Under the pieces are notes generated by a model. It saw only the letters and a list, made by a program, of their open reading frames with translations. It had not been told where the DNA came from and did not search any database. A stretch of 64,000 nt of DNA. Source: Torpedo marmorata (Eukaryota). A program made the position numbers and the translations under genes. This document shows positions 27,382-37,593 of this stretch, in pieces (the first letter of the stretch is position 1; each line of letters begins with the position of its first letter). The stretch spans positions 28,892,001-28,956,000 of the forward strand of contig OZ360241.1 in assembly GCA_977017645.1 (NCBI GenBank), in the 5' to 3' direction.

Positions 27382-28087
27382 ATCAACTATATTTAACACC
27401 TAAAAGACTAAAGAAATTTAATCCGACATTATCTGGTTTATGTTTCAGATGTAATAAAGAGGAAGGTTCTTTTGTACATTCTACATGGTTTTGTCCAAAA
27501 GTTTATGATTTTTGGTTGAAAGTTAAAAAAAATTTAGATAAAGTATTAGGAACTACACTTCCAATGGATCCTATGATATTTTTGTTTGGAGATATTGAGG
27601 GAACCAGTGTTAAAGTGAAATTAAATATGTACCAGACAGAATTTTTACGTATTGCTTTAGCCGTTTCTAAGAAATGTATTGCCACTACATGGAAGTCGGA
27701 TGTAGATTTAGGGTTGGAAAGATGGCACGCAGAATTGCGTTCATGTATACCACTCTAAAAAATTACATATAATTTACGTGATAAGTATCATTTCTTTTTG
27801 GAAGTATGGAGCCCATATATAAAAATTGTGGGTTTAAGGATTTGAAGATCTCTGGACATCGGATCTGGCTGGCGAGCCTATCCTCCACAATAAGATCAGT
27901 TTATAGTTGTTCTTTTTAGATTGACATTCTCCTTACTCTATCCTTTTCTTCTTCTTTCTTTCTTTTCGGGAGGGTTAGGGAGGGGAGGGAGGGAGGGGGG
28001 GTGAAAATGTATCACATGTAATTTGAGAAATTTGCGTTTTAAACTGTGTATTGTGTGATTTAAAAATTTTAAATAAAATATAAAAAA
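27382..28087 (+). mobile_element. 5'-truncated L1-type LINE 3' end nested in an older LINE fragment (about 27100-28390)
   Basis: QLYLTPKRLKKFNPTLSGLCFRC..RSCIPL, polyA, and short AAGAAAA direct repeats at both ends. Confidence 0.85.
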
Positions 28088-29432
28088 AAGAAAACAGCCT
28101 CTATCCTTAAGGACCCTCACCACCCAGGCCATGCCCTCCTCACTGCTACCATCAGGAAGGAGGTACAGAAGCCTGAAGATGAACACCCAAAGGTACAAAA
28201 ACAGCTTCTTTCCCTCTGCCATCAGATTTATGAATGGATAATGAACCAGAGACATGACCTCACTTTTCTCTTCTTTTTGCACTAATTTTTAATTTTTTTT
28301 CAATTTATAGCAATTTTGCACCTGTAATAATAAGGCAAAAAAAACAAATTTCGTGACACATGTTCATGACAATAAATTCTGATTCTGACTGATTCTGTTT
28401 CATGGCCTTTCTTTGTCCTCATTTCTATTTTACATTCTGTCTGTACTCATCAAGTGAGTCTCCAGTTTTCAGTCACATAAATGCTTCCTTTTCCTTTAAT
28501 GTAACACTCAATACCAATGATATACAGTGTTCACTTAGGAATGGCAAGATAACTTACACATTTACAGGAAAACATTGACCATAAGCTTCACTCCCTCATT
28601 TTTGAATGACTCCCACCAGTTGAATAGTTCTCCCCGATGTCACCCTCTCGCAGTCAATGGTCCTGTCTTGTTATTGGAATCGGTCTCCTTCCAATTACAG
28701 ACCTGATCATCCAGATCATCCTTATCCCTTTCCATAATTCCCTTGAAACTGAAAGAATTGTAATCACAATTCCAAAAATAAGCCCCTGCTGACACATCCA
28801 CAATTTGCTGACCTTCATTCCAAAGATGCACCGGTTCCAACCCTGTATCGATAGGTTCTGATGGGACTATCTACACACTGGATGTAACACCTCTTCTAGA
28901 GGGACTTTACAATTATGACCCCATCTCAGTCACTCACAGTAAGGCAATCCCAGTTCATATTTAGAATATTAAAATCTCCCACAATGATAATACATTCTTT
29001 TAAACTATTCTCTCATAAGTCTACATATTTGGTCCTCTGTCTCTCGCTGACTGCTCTGGATGTCTGGAATGAGGTCATGGAGTCTACGAGTGGTACAGTA
29101 GAGAAAAATGCCATTCGACCCACAATATCCAGCCAACTATTTTGCTACCTACACTGATCCCACTATTCTGCATTAGGTCCGTATACTTCTATGCCCTGCC
29201 CATTTAAATGTTTGCTGTATATCTCTTCAATACAGTGACTGTATCTGACTTCAACTTCTTCTGGCAGTGAGTTCCTGATACCAATCAATCTCCGTGTCAT
29301 AAAAGTTTCATTCAGATCATTTTAAAACTTTCTCCTTTCACTTTTATCCAAAATTCTCATGTTTATGTTATCCATATTCTGATATTCTGACAATCTATTC
29401 TATCCATGCCCCGTATCATTTTATAATTCTTT

Positions 29433-29460
29433 ACACACACACACACACACACGCACACAC
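29433..29460 (+). repeat. (CA)n microsatellite
   Basis: Read directly. Confidence 0.9.
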
Positions 29461-29803
29461 AGGCACACCCTGTATAACATAGTTTCGAAAAGTGCAGGTT
29501 TTGATATAACGCAGTAAGTGGCTGTGTTGAAAGTTATTGCTGTCCCCACTGTGATCAAGCTCCCTGCACTATCCCGCGGAGGTACCAATCTAACTTTGGT
29601 AAAAGTCTCATGTGGGCGATTTGACGCAAATCTAAATTAGACAAATATTTGCTTAAATAAACGATGTTTACTTATTGCCAATAAACATCAGTTTTATATA
29701 TCCCTTTTATAGGATTGGAACGTATTACGTTAAAGTGCATTGTAATAATGCTTTGAACAGTGTGGTTTTCCATAGCACTGAACTTGCTTGGAACGTATTA
29801 ACC

Positions 29804-30048
29804 NNNNNNNNNNNNNNNNNNNNNNNNNNNNNNNNNNNNNNNNNNNNNNNNNNNNNNNNNNNNNNNNNNNNNNNNNNNNNNNNNNNNNNNNNNNNNNNNN
29901 NNNNNNNNNNNNNNNNNNNNNNNNNNNNNNNNNNNNNNNNNNNNNNNNNNNNNNNNNNNNNNNNNNNNNNNNNNNNNNNNNNNNNNNNNNNNNNNNNNNN
30001 NNNNNNNNNNNNNNNNNNNNNNNNNNNNNNNNNNNNNNNNNNNNNNNN
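29804..30048. other. Assembly gap (N run)
   Basis: Run of n characters. Confidence 1.
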
Positions 30049-30202
30049 CATATATGTATGGTAATGAGCTGAATTGGATTTGTCCTACTTTTGGTGAACC
30101 GAACACACCTGAGCAACTTCCCCCATTGTCAGTGGATGGAAGTGTTGTTACTATCCTGGAACAGCTGGGTTAGACGCTGGGTCAGTCGTTCCTTGATATT
30201 AT

Positions 30203-33169
30203 GTGGAGTCAGTTTAATTGACTGAAACTGGTTTCTCTCATGGAGGGGATGTTGGGTTGAAATCGAGCTGATCACCCACTCGTTACTTCTGACAGGACAT
30301 TGTTGTGAATGTTTCATCCTTGTCTTTAGCACTCACATATTGAACCCGACCATTGTGGAGCATGGGATGTGTTTTGAACCTCCTTCTCCAACTGTTTAAT
30401 TGTCCACCACCATTCAAAACAGGGAAATCAAAAACAAGAGGCCCTAGTGGGAGAAAAAGATTTGTCAATGTTCTGGGTCAGAAGCTATCCTCAAGACAGA
30501 GTACAGAGAGGATATAGGCAGTCGAAGGAGGACAGGATGGGAAGGGTTGGACAGGGGCAAGATTCAATGTTTTAATACCCCAGGACCTTCTCACCAGCAA
30601 TGCAATATTCTTGCTAATCTGGACTTGAAGATGGTCACGGACACAAATGGACACAAATACGCCCAATTGTGATAGAGGGATATCCAACCTACTGTCACAG
30701 ATGAAGTCGTCAGAAGGGTGCTCCTCAACCACCTTATTCCAGTAACCATAGTGATATCTGTCCATCCAGAGGCAGAGAGGGCAAGAATTTTGACTGTGCA
30801 ACAATTTGAAGGAAAATTCAGACAGCAGCACCAGTCACCTTACATTGCCTTTCTCAGCCTCACCAAAGCCTTTAACTTCATCAATCAGGAACAGCTATGG
30901 AACCTCCTCCACAAATATGGTTTCCATTGAAATTCCTCACCACTTTACATTTACTCAACAAAATGTCCACGACAGCATCCTTCTTCGTGAAGACTCACGT
31001 CAAATAAAGTTCCATTTTTACCCCAAATTTTACCAATCTTTCTTGCCGCAATGTTGCATTTCATCTCCAACAAATTTCTCAAAGGATTGGAAATAATCCC
31101 GACAGCTAAGGGAAAACTGTTACTCGGACAACTGCCCTCCAGAACAAAATCTAACAAATCTCAGTAGTCAATTTCCCTTTGCAGATTTTACTGGTATTTA
31201 CAAACGCTCAGCGGACTGACTACAAGCCATTGCTGATGCTTTTAATCAAGAATTTGATCCTTGCTCTCAACATCCATGAGATAAATTTCCTCTATCAACC
31301 AGCCAGTCCTCAAAACAAGATCTTTTTCTACTTCTATGCAGCAACCTCTCAGTGAACGCAGATACCAATGATAAAGTTACTACTGCCTTGGATGAGTCAG
31401 CACACATTTTGATTGAAAGAGGAAAAGGGTCTTGGAAGAGCAAGGCATCAACCATGGCATAAAGCTCATGGTCCACCAGACAGTAATAATCCTTGATTAC
31501 TCTCTGCACATCAGACCTGAGCGACCAACATCAGGTATCACAAGACACTGCACAAATAACATTAACACTATTTCCGCAAAATACACCAGTCTTCCCAGTC
31601 TTTATTTAATGGGGCCCCAAATGCCAAAAAATATCATAAACCCATGTGGTTAATTGCACATGCAGTTCAGCAACATGTTCTTATTTGTTTCTTCCATTTA
31701 TACACATGCATTTTAAATTCAGTTTCATGCTTAATCTGGTCCTGATTCAAAAATATTTTTCTTGTTCTGCAACTACGCACTTAACCCTCCGATGCATTTG
31801 CTCCCCTTACAGTGCAACTTTTCTGTGCTCATTCCCCAACAAACTGGCTGAACCCTCTCCTCATGGACCAGTGAGACTTCCCGTGAGGATTCTGGTCCCA
31901 GTTCTGGTGAGGTGCTGGCCTGTGCTGACTGCATCTCCCCCTGATCTGGTCCCCATCCCCAACTGATCTAACCCCGTCTCTCATGCATCAAACAGACATT
32001 AGTTTGCACAATCCTCCCTTTCGTCAAACCCTCTGGAGTGAAGCAGGGAAGTAATCCAGGGATTACCATGGTAGTGTTCAAGACGGTTCTTGATGACCAC
32101 ATGAATAAGCAGAGAATAACAAGATATGTATTTTGTGCACGCAGCAGAATTCAAGTTTAATTTGGGGATCCTGTATGCCACGTGCATCATGACCAGAAGA
32201 GCCTGTTCCTGTGCTGCACCATGTTCTATGTTTTATGTACCATCACTGAGTTGCATTTTAACCTCTCCGCTACCTCTGTAAAGTCTGGCTGCATCCAAAT
32301 ATGGAGTTCAGAAACAGGCCCTTTGGCCCACTGAATTCATCAAGAACGCACTGACACAAACCCTCAACAAATCCCATTTCATTCTCACCTCATTCCCTGA
32401 ACTCCCTGCTGATCCCACTGATCATCCTTGGACTTGGGATAATTTACAGCAGCGAATTAACCTGCCCAACCACATCTTGGGATGTGGGAGGAAACTAGAG
32501 TGGCTGAAGGAAATGCACACAGTCACAGGGAGAACTTGTAAACTCCGCAAAAACAGCTCCGAGTGTCAGGGTTAATCCTGGGTCACCGGACCTTTGAGCC
32601 AGTGACTCTACCAGCTGTGTCACTGTGCCACCCAGGAGCTCATCATCTTTCAACCCGTGTGGTTAGTACTGATATCCCAAGAGCATTGCCCCAGACACTG
32701 CGATTCTGGGCAACCTGGGAATGTGGCTATCACTGGCAAGGCTGACATTTGGTGTCCGTCCGTCCAGAGGTGCCTGGAGAAGGAGATGGGTGATGGTGTT
32801 CTATTGTTGTGTGTAGACATCTGGCTGGATTGCAATGCCAAGGGCATGGTGTGGGAATGGAAATAGTCACAAACTGGGTAAAGATGGGAGGCTTCCTCCC
32901 ACAGAGGGACAATGAATCCTCCAGAGTTTACTGCATCCCCGCTGAGATGAGATTTCAACCTCACATTTAGACTGAATTGAAATCCTTCGATTGTCAGGGT
33001 GGGTTTGAGCCCAGAGTCTGGATCATTCACGTGGGAAGCCTGCACTGTCCATCCCTATTGTCACTGGAGGTGTGAGGGGCATCTCTGGGCTGAGGGATGG
33101 AGAGCGGCAACAACTGAATCAGGGAAATGAAGGGAGAAAGTGGGAAGTTTCGGACAATAAACCACCTGC
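30203..33169 (+). repeat. Upstream flank of the Ig L cluster, duplicated in inverted orientation at 56513-59627; contains RTE-like LINE (about 30700-31600) and old V-SINE (about 32400-32640) fragments
   Basis: Colinear reverse-complement match, e.g. GTTTCGGACAATAAACCACCTGC versus GCAGGTGGTTTATTGTCCGAAAC. The RTE-like motif EGKFRQQHQSPYIAFLSLTKAF is present. Confidence 0.9.
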
Positions 33170-33296
33170 TCCTTCCCGGTTTGTTTCAACACATCAGTCG
33201 GTTGCTGACAGTGTCACCGCCTCAAGCCGACGGTGTCTGACGGCGAATGGGAGGGTTTCAGGTCCGTGCTCTGGTTGGTCAGTGGGACTCGCCCAG

Positions 33297-33304
33297 ATTT
33301 GCAT
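33297..33304 (+). promoter_or_regulatory. Ig light-chain promoter octamer ATTTGCAT
   Basis: Perfect octamer in the light-chain orientation, 27 bp upstream of TATAA and about 115 bp upstream of the leader ATG. Confidence 0.9.
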
Positions 33305-33331
33305 GGATTTCCTTCCTGGTGTGAACGTCTC

Positions 33332-33336
33332 TATAA
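33332..33336 (+). promoter_or_regulatory. TATA box
   Basis: CTATAAG lies between the octamer and the ATG. Confidence 0.75.
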
Positions 33337-33417
33337 GTGGGTTCCATCGGCAGCGGCGCCACAGTCTGTCCCAGATACAGCGGCTGAAGGGAGGCAGGAA
33401 GGTGACGGGCAGCAACG

Positions 33418-33463
33418 ATGCGGACGCTGTGCTTTTTCTGGTCTCTGGCGCTGTGGCTGGGCT
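33418..33463 (+). CDS. Ig light chain leader exon (MRTLCFFWSLALWLG)
   Basis: 46-nt hydrophobic signal-peptide exon with a phase-1 donor GTAAGT at 33464. The matching acceptor TTTTCCAG ends at 33567. Confidence 0.93.
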
Positions 33464-33567
33464 GTAAGTACAGGCAGCAACTCTGCACCGCCAGCGGTTG
33501 CTGATGTGGGTTCTCGGGCTCGCAGTAAAGAGTCAATGTTTAAAGTTGAATTGCTGCTCTTTTCCAG

Positions 33568-33893
33568 CTGGAGAGTCCCAGACTCTGACTCAACCTCCGA
33601 CCGTGTCCGTGAGTCCAGGAGCCACCGCCACGCTGGAATGCAACATCGGGACAAAGGATGGCTATTATGTTAGCTTCTACAAGCAGACTCCAGGAGCAAA
33701 TCCGCAATGGATCCTCTATCACCATCACTCACGCAGCGCCCCGGGCTATGGTCCCGGATTCAGCAGCGACCGTTTCACAGCGAATCACAACAGCGCGGCC
33801 ACCGTTTACCGGTTGATCATCAACAAGGTGGAGGTGAATGACGCTGCCGTCTATTACTGCGGGAAGGGGTTTTCATCGAGCAATACTTAGTGT
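33568..33893 (+). CDS. Ig light chain V segment, sigma-like, germline unrearranged
   Basis: QTLTQPPTVSVSPG..LEC..FYKQTPG..DAAVYYC. The long CDR2 LYHHHSRSAPGYGPGFSSDRF is characteristic of sigma (teleost L2/Xenopus sigma-like). An in-frame TAG at 33888-33890 sits just before the RSS. Confidence 0.93.
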
Positions 33894-33921
33894 CACAGTG
33901 AGAGAAGGTAAAACAAAAACT
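33894..33921 (+). other. V recombination signal sequence, 12-bp spacer
   Basis: CACAGTG-agagaaggtaaa-ACAAAAACT. Confidence 0.95.
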
Positions 33922-34234
33922 GGGAGATGCAAACATCATCCTCTTCACATCTTTGTCGGATGAAAACATTCTAATACTTCACTCCTCATTAATTAACTAT
34001 AATTTTACCTTTTATCCTGTATTTTCAGATTCCAATCATTCCATATTTGGGAAGATTCCGAATCCCGCCGCTCACTGCCGGCTCTTGCTGCCGGTTCATG
34101 TCAGCCTGGCGATGCGGCTGTGAGTTCAGCCCTTCCTGCCCCAACCCAGCTGGGACACGCGGGATGTGTGAAGTCTGGTTTCATGCTGCTCCTGGAGCGT
34201 CTGACCGTGTTTTCTGCCTGATTCCAGGGCCCAG

Positions 34235-34273
34235 GATAACCGTACGGACTGAAGGGTGAAACGTCGCACTGTG
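34235..34273 (-). other. J recombination signal sequence (23-bp spacer presumed; nonamer degenerate)
   Basis: CACTGTG at 34267-34273 abuts J. The 9-mer at 23-bp distance is GATAACCGT, a 4/9 match to GGTTTTTGT. Confidence 0.75.
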
Positions 34274-34310
34274 TGGGTGTTCGGCCCAGGGACCAAACTC
34301 TTCGTTACAG
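34274..34310 (+). CDS. Ig light chain J segment (WVFGPGTKLFVT)
   Basis: FGxG motif and a phase-1 donor GTAAGT at 34311. Confidence 0.95.
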
Positions 34311-34479
34311 GTAAGTGTCTGGGAACAACCTCCTGACATTATTCTTTCAAATGTGATTTTCTGATTAACCTTAAATGAGCCCGTAATGTTAATTTGTGAT
34401 ATTTAGTGCCTTTTAGCAGTGTCCCTGAGACGGGCTCATCAATATTGTGTTTCTGATACTAACCATTCATCTTTCCATC

Positions 34480-35345
34480 GAATATAGAACAGGGCGGCAC
34501 TAAAATAGTCCTTTCGGCTCACGACATCTGCACGGAACGAGATGAAACTTAAAATGAGTCTCTTCTGCTGTACATGATGCAAGTCATTCCTGCATTGCTT
34601 GCAATTTGTGTCTTGAAACCCCTCTTAAACATTCGTATGATATCTGCTTCTACACGACCCCTGCCCGCGCATTCCAGACACGCACTACTCTGTAAAAGTA
34701 AACTTGCCCAGCACGTCGCCTTCAAAATCCCCCCTTCACTTTAAACTCATGTCCTCTCACATTTGACTTTTTTTAACCTGGAGAATGAGATCTCACCTTC
34801 CGAACTACCTGTACCCCTCCTAATTTTACCCGTCAGTCTCTCAAGCAGAAGAGAATAGAAACCTGTCCCATCCCTCGTAGCTCAAACCTCTAATTCGGGC
34901 AGCATCTTGGGAAATTTGTTCTGCCCCATTTCCAACCCACCCACATCCTTCCTGTGCGACGAAATTTGCACACAATGTGAGCTAAACAAAGTGTGAATTG
35001 GCTGAAAAATGGCTTGTCCACACCTCAACACAATGTCTCGACCAATGAAGGCCGGTCTGCCACACACCCTCTCCACCACCTAATCCACCAGCAGGGCCAC
35101 TTTCAGCGAACTGTGGACTCGCACCCCAGATCCTTCTGTACATCCATGCGGTTAAGTGACCCGTCATTAACCCGTCATTTGATATCCCAATGTGCATAAT
35201 CTCACCTGTTTGGATAAAACTCCATCTGCCGTTTCTCTGCCCGCATCTGTAACTGATCTGCATCCTGTTCTATTATTTGAAAGCGCTCCACACGATCAAA
35301 ATTCAACGAATCTTCCCATCACCCTCAAACTTACTAATTCAACCT
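34480..35345 (-). mobile_element. Old CR1 3' fragments in the J-C intron
   Basis: The minus strand resembles the CR1 RT C-terminus and 3' UTR (HCVQISSHRKDV..KFPKMLPELE; compare EYCVQFW..RFTRMLPGL at 3720-3815). Confidence 0.65.
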
Positions 35346-35546
35346 TTTGTATTCATGGAGGACACACTGCAGATTTGAATGTCATTCCTCTGTTTCTGCC
35401 CCGTTGGTTTGTCGGTTTTAGTGCTGGTGAGATTGACGCGAACGCGCGCGGTTCCAGCTTGCTGAAGCGGGCGACAAGACATTGTTGAGTGAAGACGACC
35501 CACAGTTGGGAACACATAAGAAGGATGAGTTTCAGGTTATTGTGTT

Positions 35547-36203
35547 GGGAATCTCCGGCGCAAACTCCCTTGGACTTTCACTTGATCTCCATTCCTCCCA
35601 GTGACGACTCTCCTGCAGACTCCATTCCAATAAAAATAAACCCCCTCTCGTTCTCAAGTCCTTCCCTCCTCTCCACTGCCTTCTATTGGGTTGGGAGCTC
35701 CTCCTTTCCGGGAAACTCTGTTTAGCGATTGCGATCGCTGCACCGTCTGAGGCCGAAGGTCCGGGTGTGGGGAGAATCCGCATCCCCTCCACCACTGTGA
35801 GTGCGACCCGTATCCCTCGACATGATCACAGAGCAACCGTCCTTGCTCTGCTCCGTGAACCTCGGGACGGCACACTTGGTGTCCTCACCTACGGGGGCAG
35901 TCCAGAGTGTGAGATGAGATTATTCTCGCTCCACCATTGTGCGACACAGCGGGGGCACTCGTGAAGGGTGGGGCCGGGCGACGGGCAGTGGGGGAATGTG
36001 TCACCTCTGGTGCCGGTGTGTGTCTCGTTCCTTAATGACTCAGTGTCAAAACGCCTCAGGGGTTGGAGTAGATGTTCCACTGGCAATCAATGTTCCCAGA
36101 GAGACGGGTCACTGATTGGTGGTCAGAAATGGGATGATCCATCCCTTCTCTCACTCACCAGACGTGCGATGTGAAGCCCCCACCCCCACCCGAGGGAATC
36201 TCC
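35547..36203 (+). promoter_or_regulatory. Candidate J-C intronic enhancer (two NF-kB consensus sites, AP-1, E-boxes)
   Basis: GGGAATCTCC at 35547-35556 and 36194-36203, and TGACTCA at 36036-36042, in CpG-rich sequence with no recognisable TE. Confidence 0.4.
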
Positions 36204-36500
36204 TCTCAACTCGTGTGGTACAGGCCAGGGTGGACCCTGGGACCACGAGGTGAAGTGACCGAGCGCGTGATGATGTAAGCAAGCGAGTTACCAAAAATAT
36301 CTGAAAATAAAAAAATTGTGTCGAATTTGTTGTCCTTCGGTGTAGACAGACAAGCAGAGTCGTCCATGGACACCGCCCGGCCCCTCGGTCACTCTGGTCC
36401 CACGCTCGGAAGCTGGAACTTTTCACTAGCGCTTCTGTCAAATTCTGAAATGAGGCGAGCTCTTCCGTGACCTGAAACACTTCTCTTGTTCCCGTTGCAG

Positions 36501-36823
36501 GTCAGCAGCTCCCCGAACCTTCAGTGAAACTGCTCGGGCCGTCATCCGAGGAGATCTCCGCTAAAGGAGCGGGCACCTTAGTTTGCCTGGTCAGTAAACT
36601 GTCGGTGGTCTTCCCCGCCGTCAGCTGGACAGTGGACGGGAGTCCGGCGGGGACTGAGGTCCAAACCAGCGCGGTGACGCGGAACACGGACAACACCTTC
36701 AGTCTCAGCAGCTACCTGACGGTGCCCGGCACAGACTGGAGCAGTGGCAAGGTGTACTCCTGCACGGTTCAACAAGGAGCAGCCTCGTCAACATCTGCAA
36801 CAGTCGCACAATCCAGCTGTTGA
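36501..36823 (+). CDS. Ig light chain C exon, sigma-like
   Basis: Acceptor TTGCAG ends at 36500. PSVKLLGPSSEE..TLVCLV..VSWTVDG..FSLSSYLTV..W..YSC, a terminal Cys for H-L linkage, then TGA. It is in frame with J. Confidence 0.95.
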
Positions 36824-37161
36824 ACAGAACGCGGCCTCGGGCGTCTTCGCTCCCTGATTAACGGGAGCTTGTAACTTGCATGTTTAAGCCGCTCTCCCAC
36901 TCTGCGCGCTCGCTGTTCACTGTATTATCTGTTTCTGTTTCACCTCCTGTCATTTATTCCCGAGGTTGCTTTTGTTCAATTTCTCTCCTCGAGAGGCGAC
37001 AACAGGGTTAAAGTGACCAGTCACTTGGTTCAATTAGAGATTTCAGATTGTGAATGGTTTCATCTGGCACCACGGGTGAATCTAACGTAGTTAATGCATG
37101 TTTTTATCATTGGTTATCAGTGTCAGACTGAGAGATTGTAACGACGACAAACTACAGTACC

Positions 37162-37167
37162 AATAAA
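37162..37167 (+). terminator. Polyadenylation signal AATAAA of the Ig L transcript
   Basis: First AATAAA I find after the C stop codon, followed by GT-rich sequence. Confidence 0.7.
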
Positions 37168-37593
37168 GATGCGCAGTGCAGGAATGGTTTCCGTGTGTGG
37201 CTCTCGTTACCTTGCGCTCTCTCCCCGTGCGGACACCGGGTGGGAGGTGAGAGGAGTCTCGTCTCTCTGCTCGGGTTCGTGCCCTGGTTCCGTGAAGTGA
37301 GAGGAAATTGTTCTTTTACAGCAGTCTCGGGCATCGAAAATCAGAAATGAACGAGCGCCAGTTCGGTTGCTGAGATACTGGAATCAATCGGGGACAAGGA
37401 TGTGGGTTGATAGGAACGCAATGACGATCAAATTATAACCAAGCGGTTGGCGCTTGTGTGGAATAATAAAGGAAATAAACACAACAGTTGCTGGAAATAT
37501 TCAGGTGGTCAGACAGAATCCAGTTGAGTGGAAAAACAGGTTTAACATTTCGGGCTAATGACGTTTCACCAGAACTGACCAATTCTGACACAA

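Noticed and set aside
29460-29803. Possible Tigger/mariner-like end next to the gap
   Set aside because: No second TIR or TSD is visible because the gap truncates it.
33888-34280. Relic 5-bp RAG-transposon TSD between V end and J start
   Set aside because: The V-terminal AGTGT and J-initial TGGGT do not match in register.
34029-34310. Lambda5-like alternative exon: a strong acceptor at 34028 gives a 282-nt phase-compatible exon ending at the J donor
   Set aside because: The J-compatible frame has a TGA at about 34120, so no surrogate-light-chain protein can be made. At most it is a sterile transcript.
36225-36256. Second J-like motif (DPGTT)
   Set aside because: It lacks the FG motif, an adjacent heptamer and a properly placed donor.
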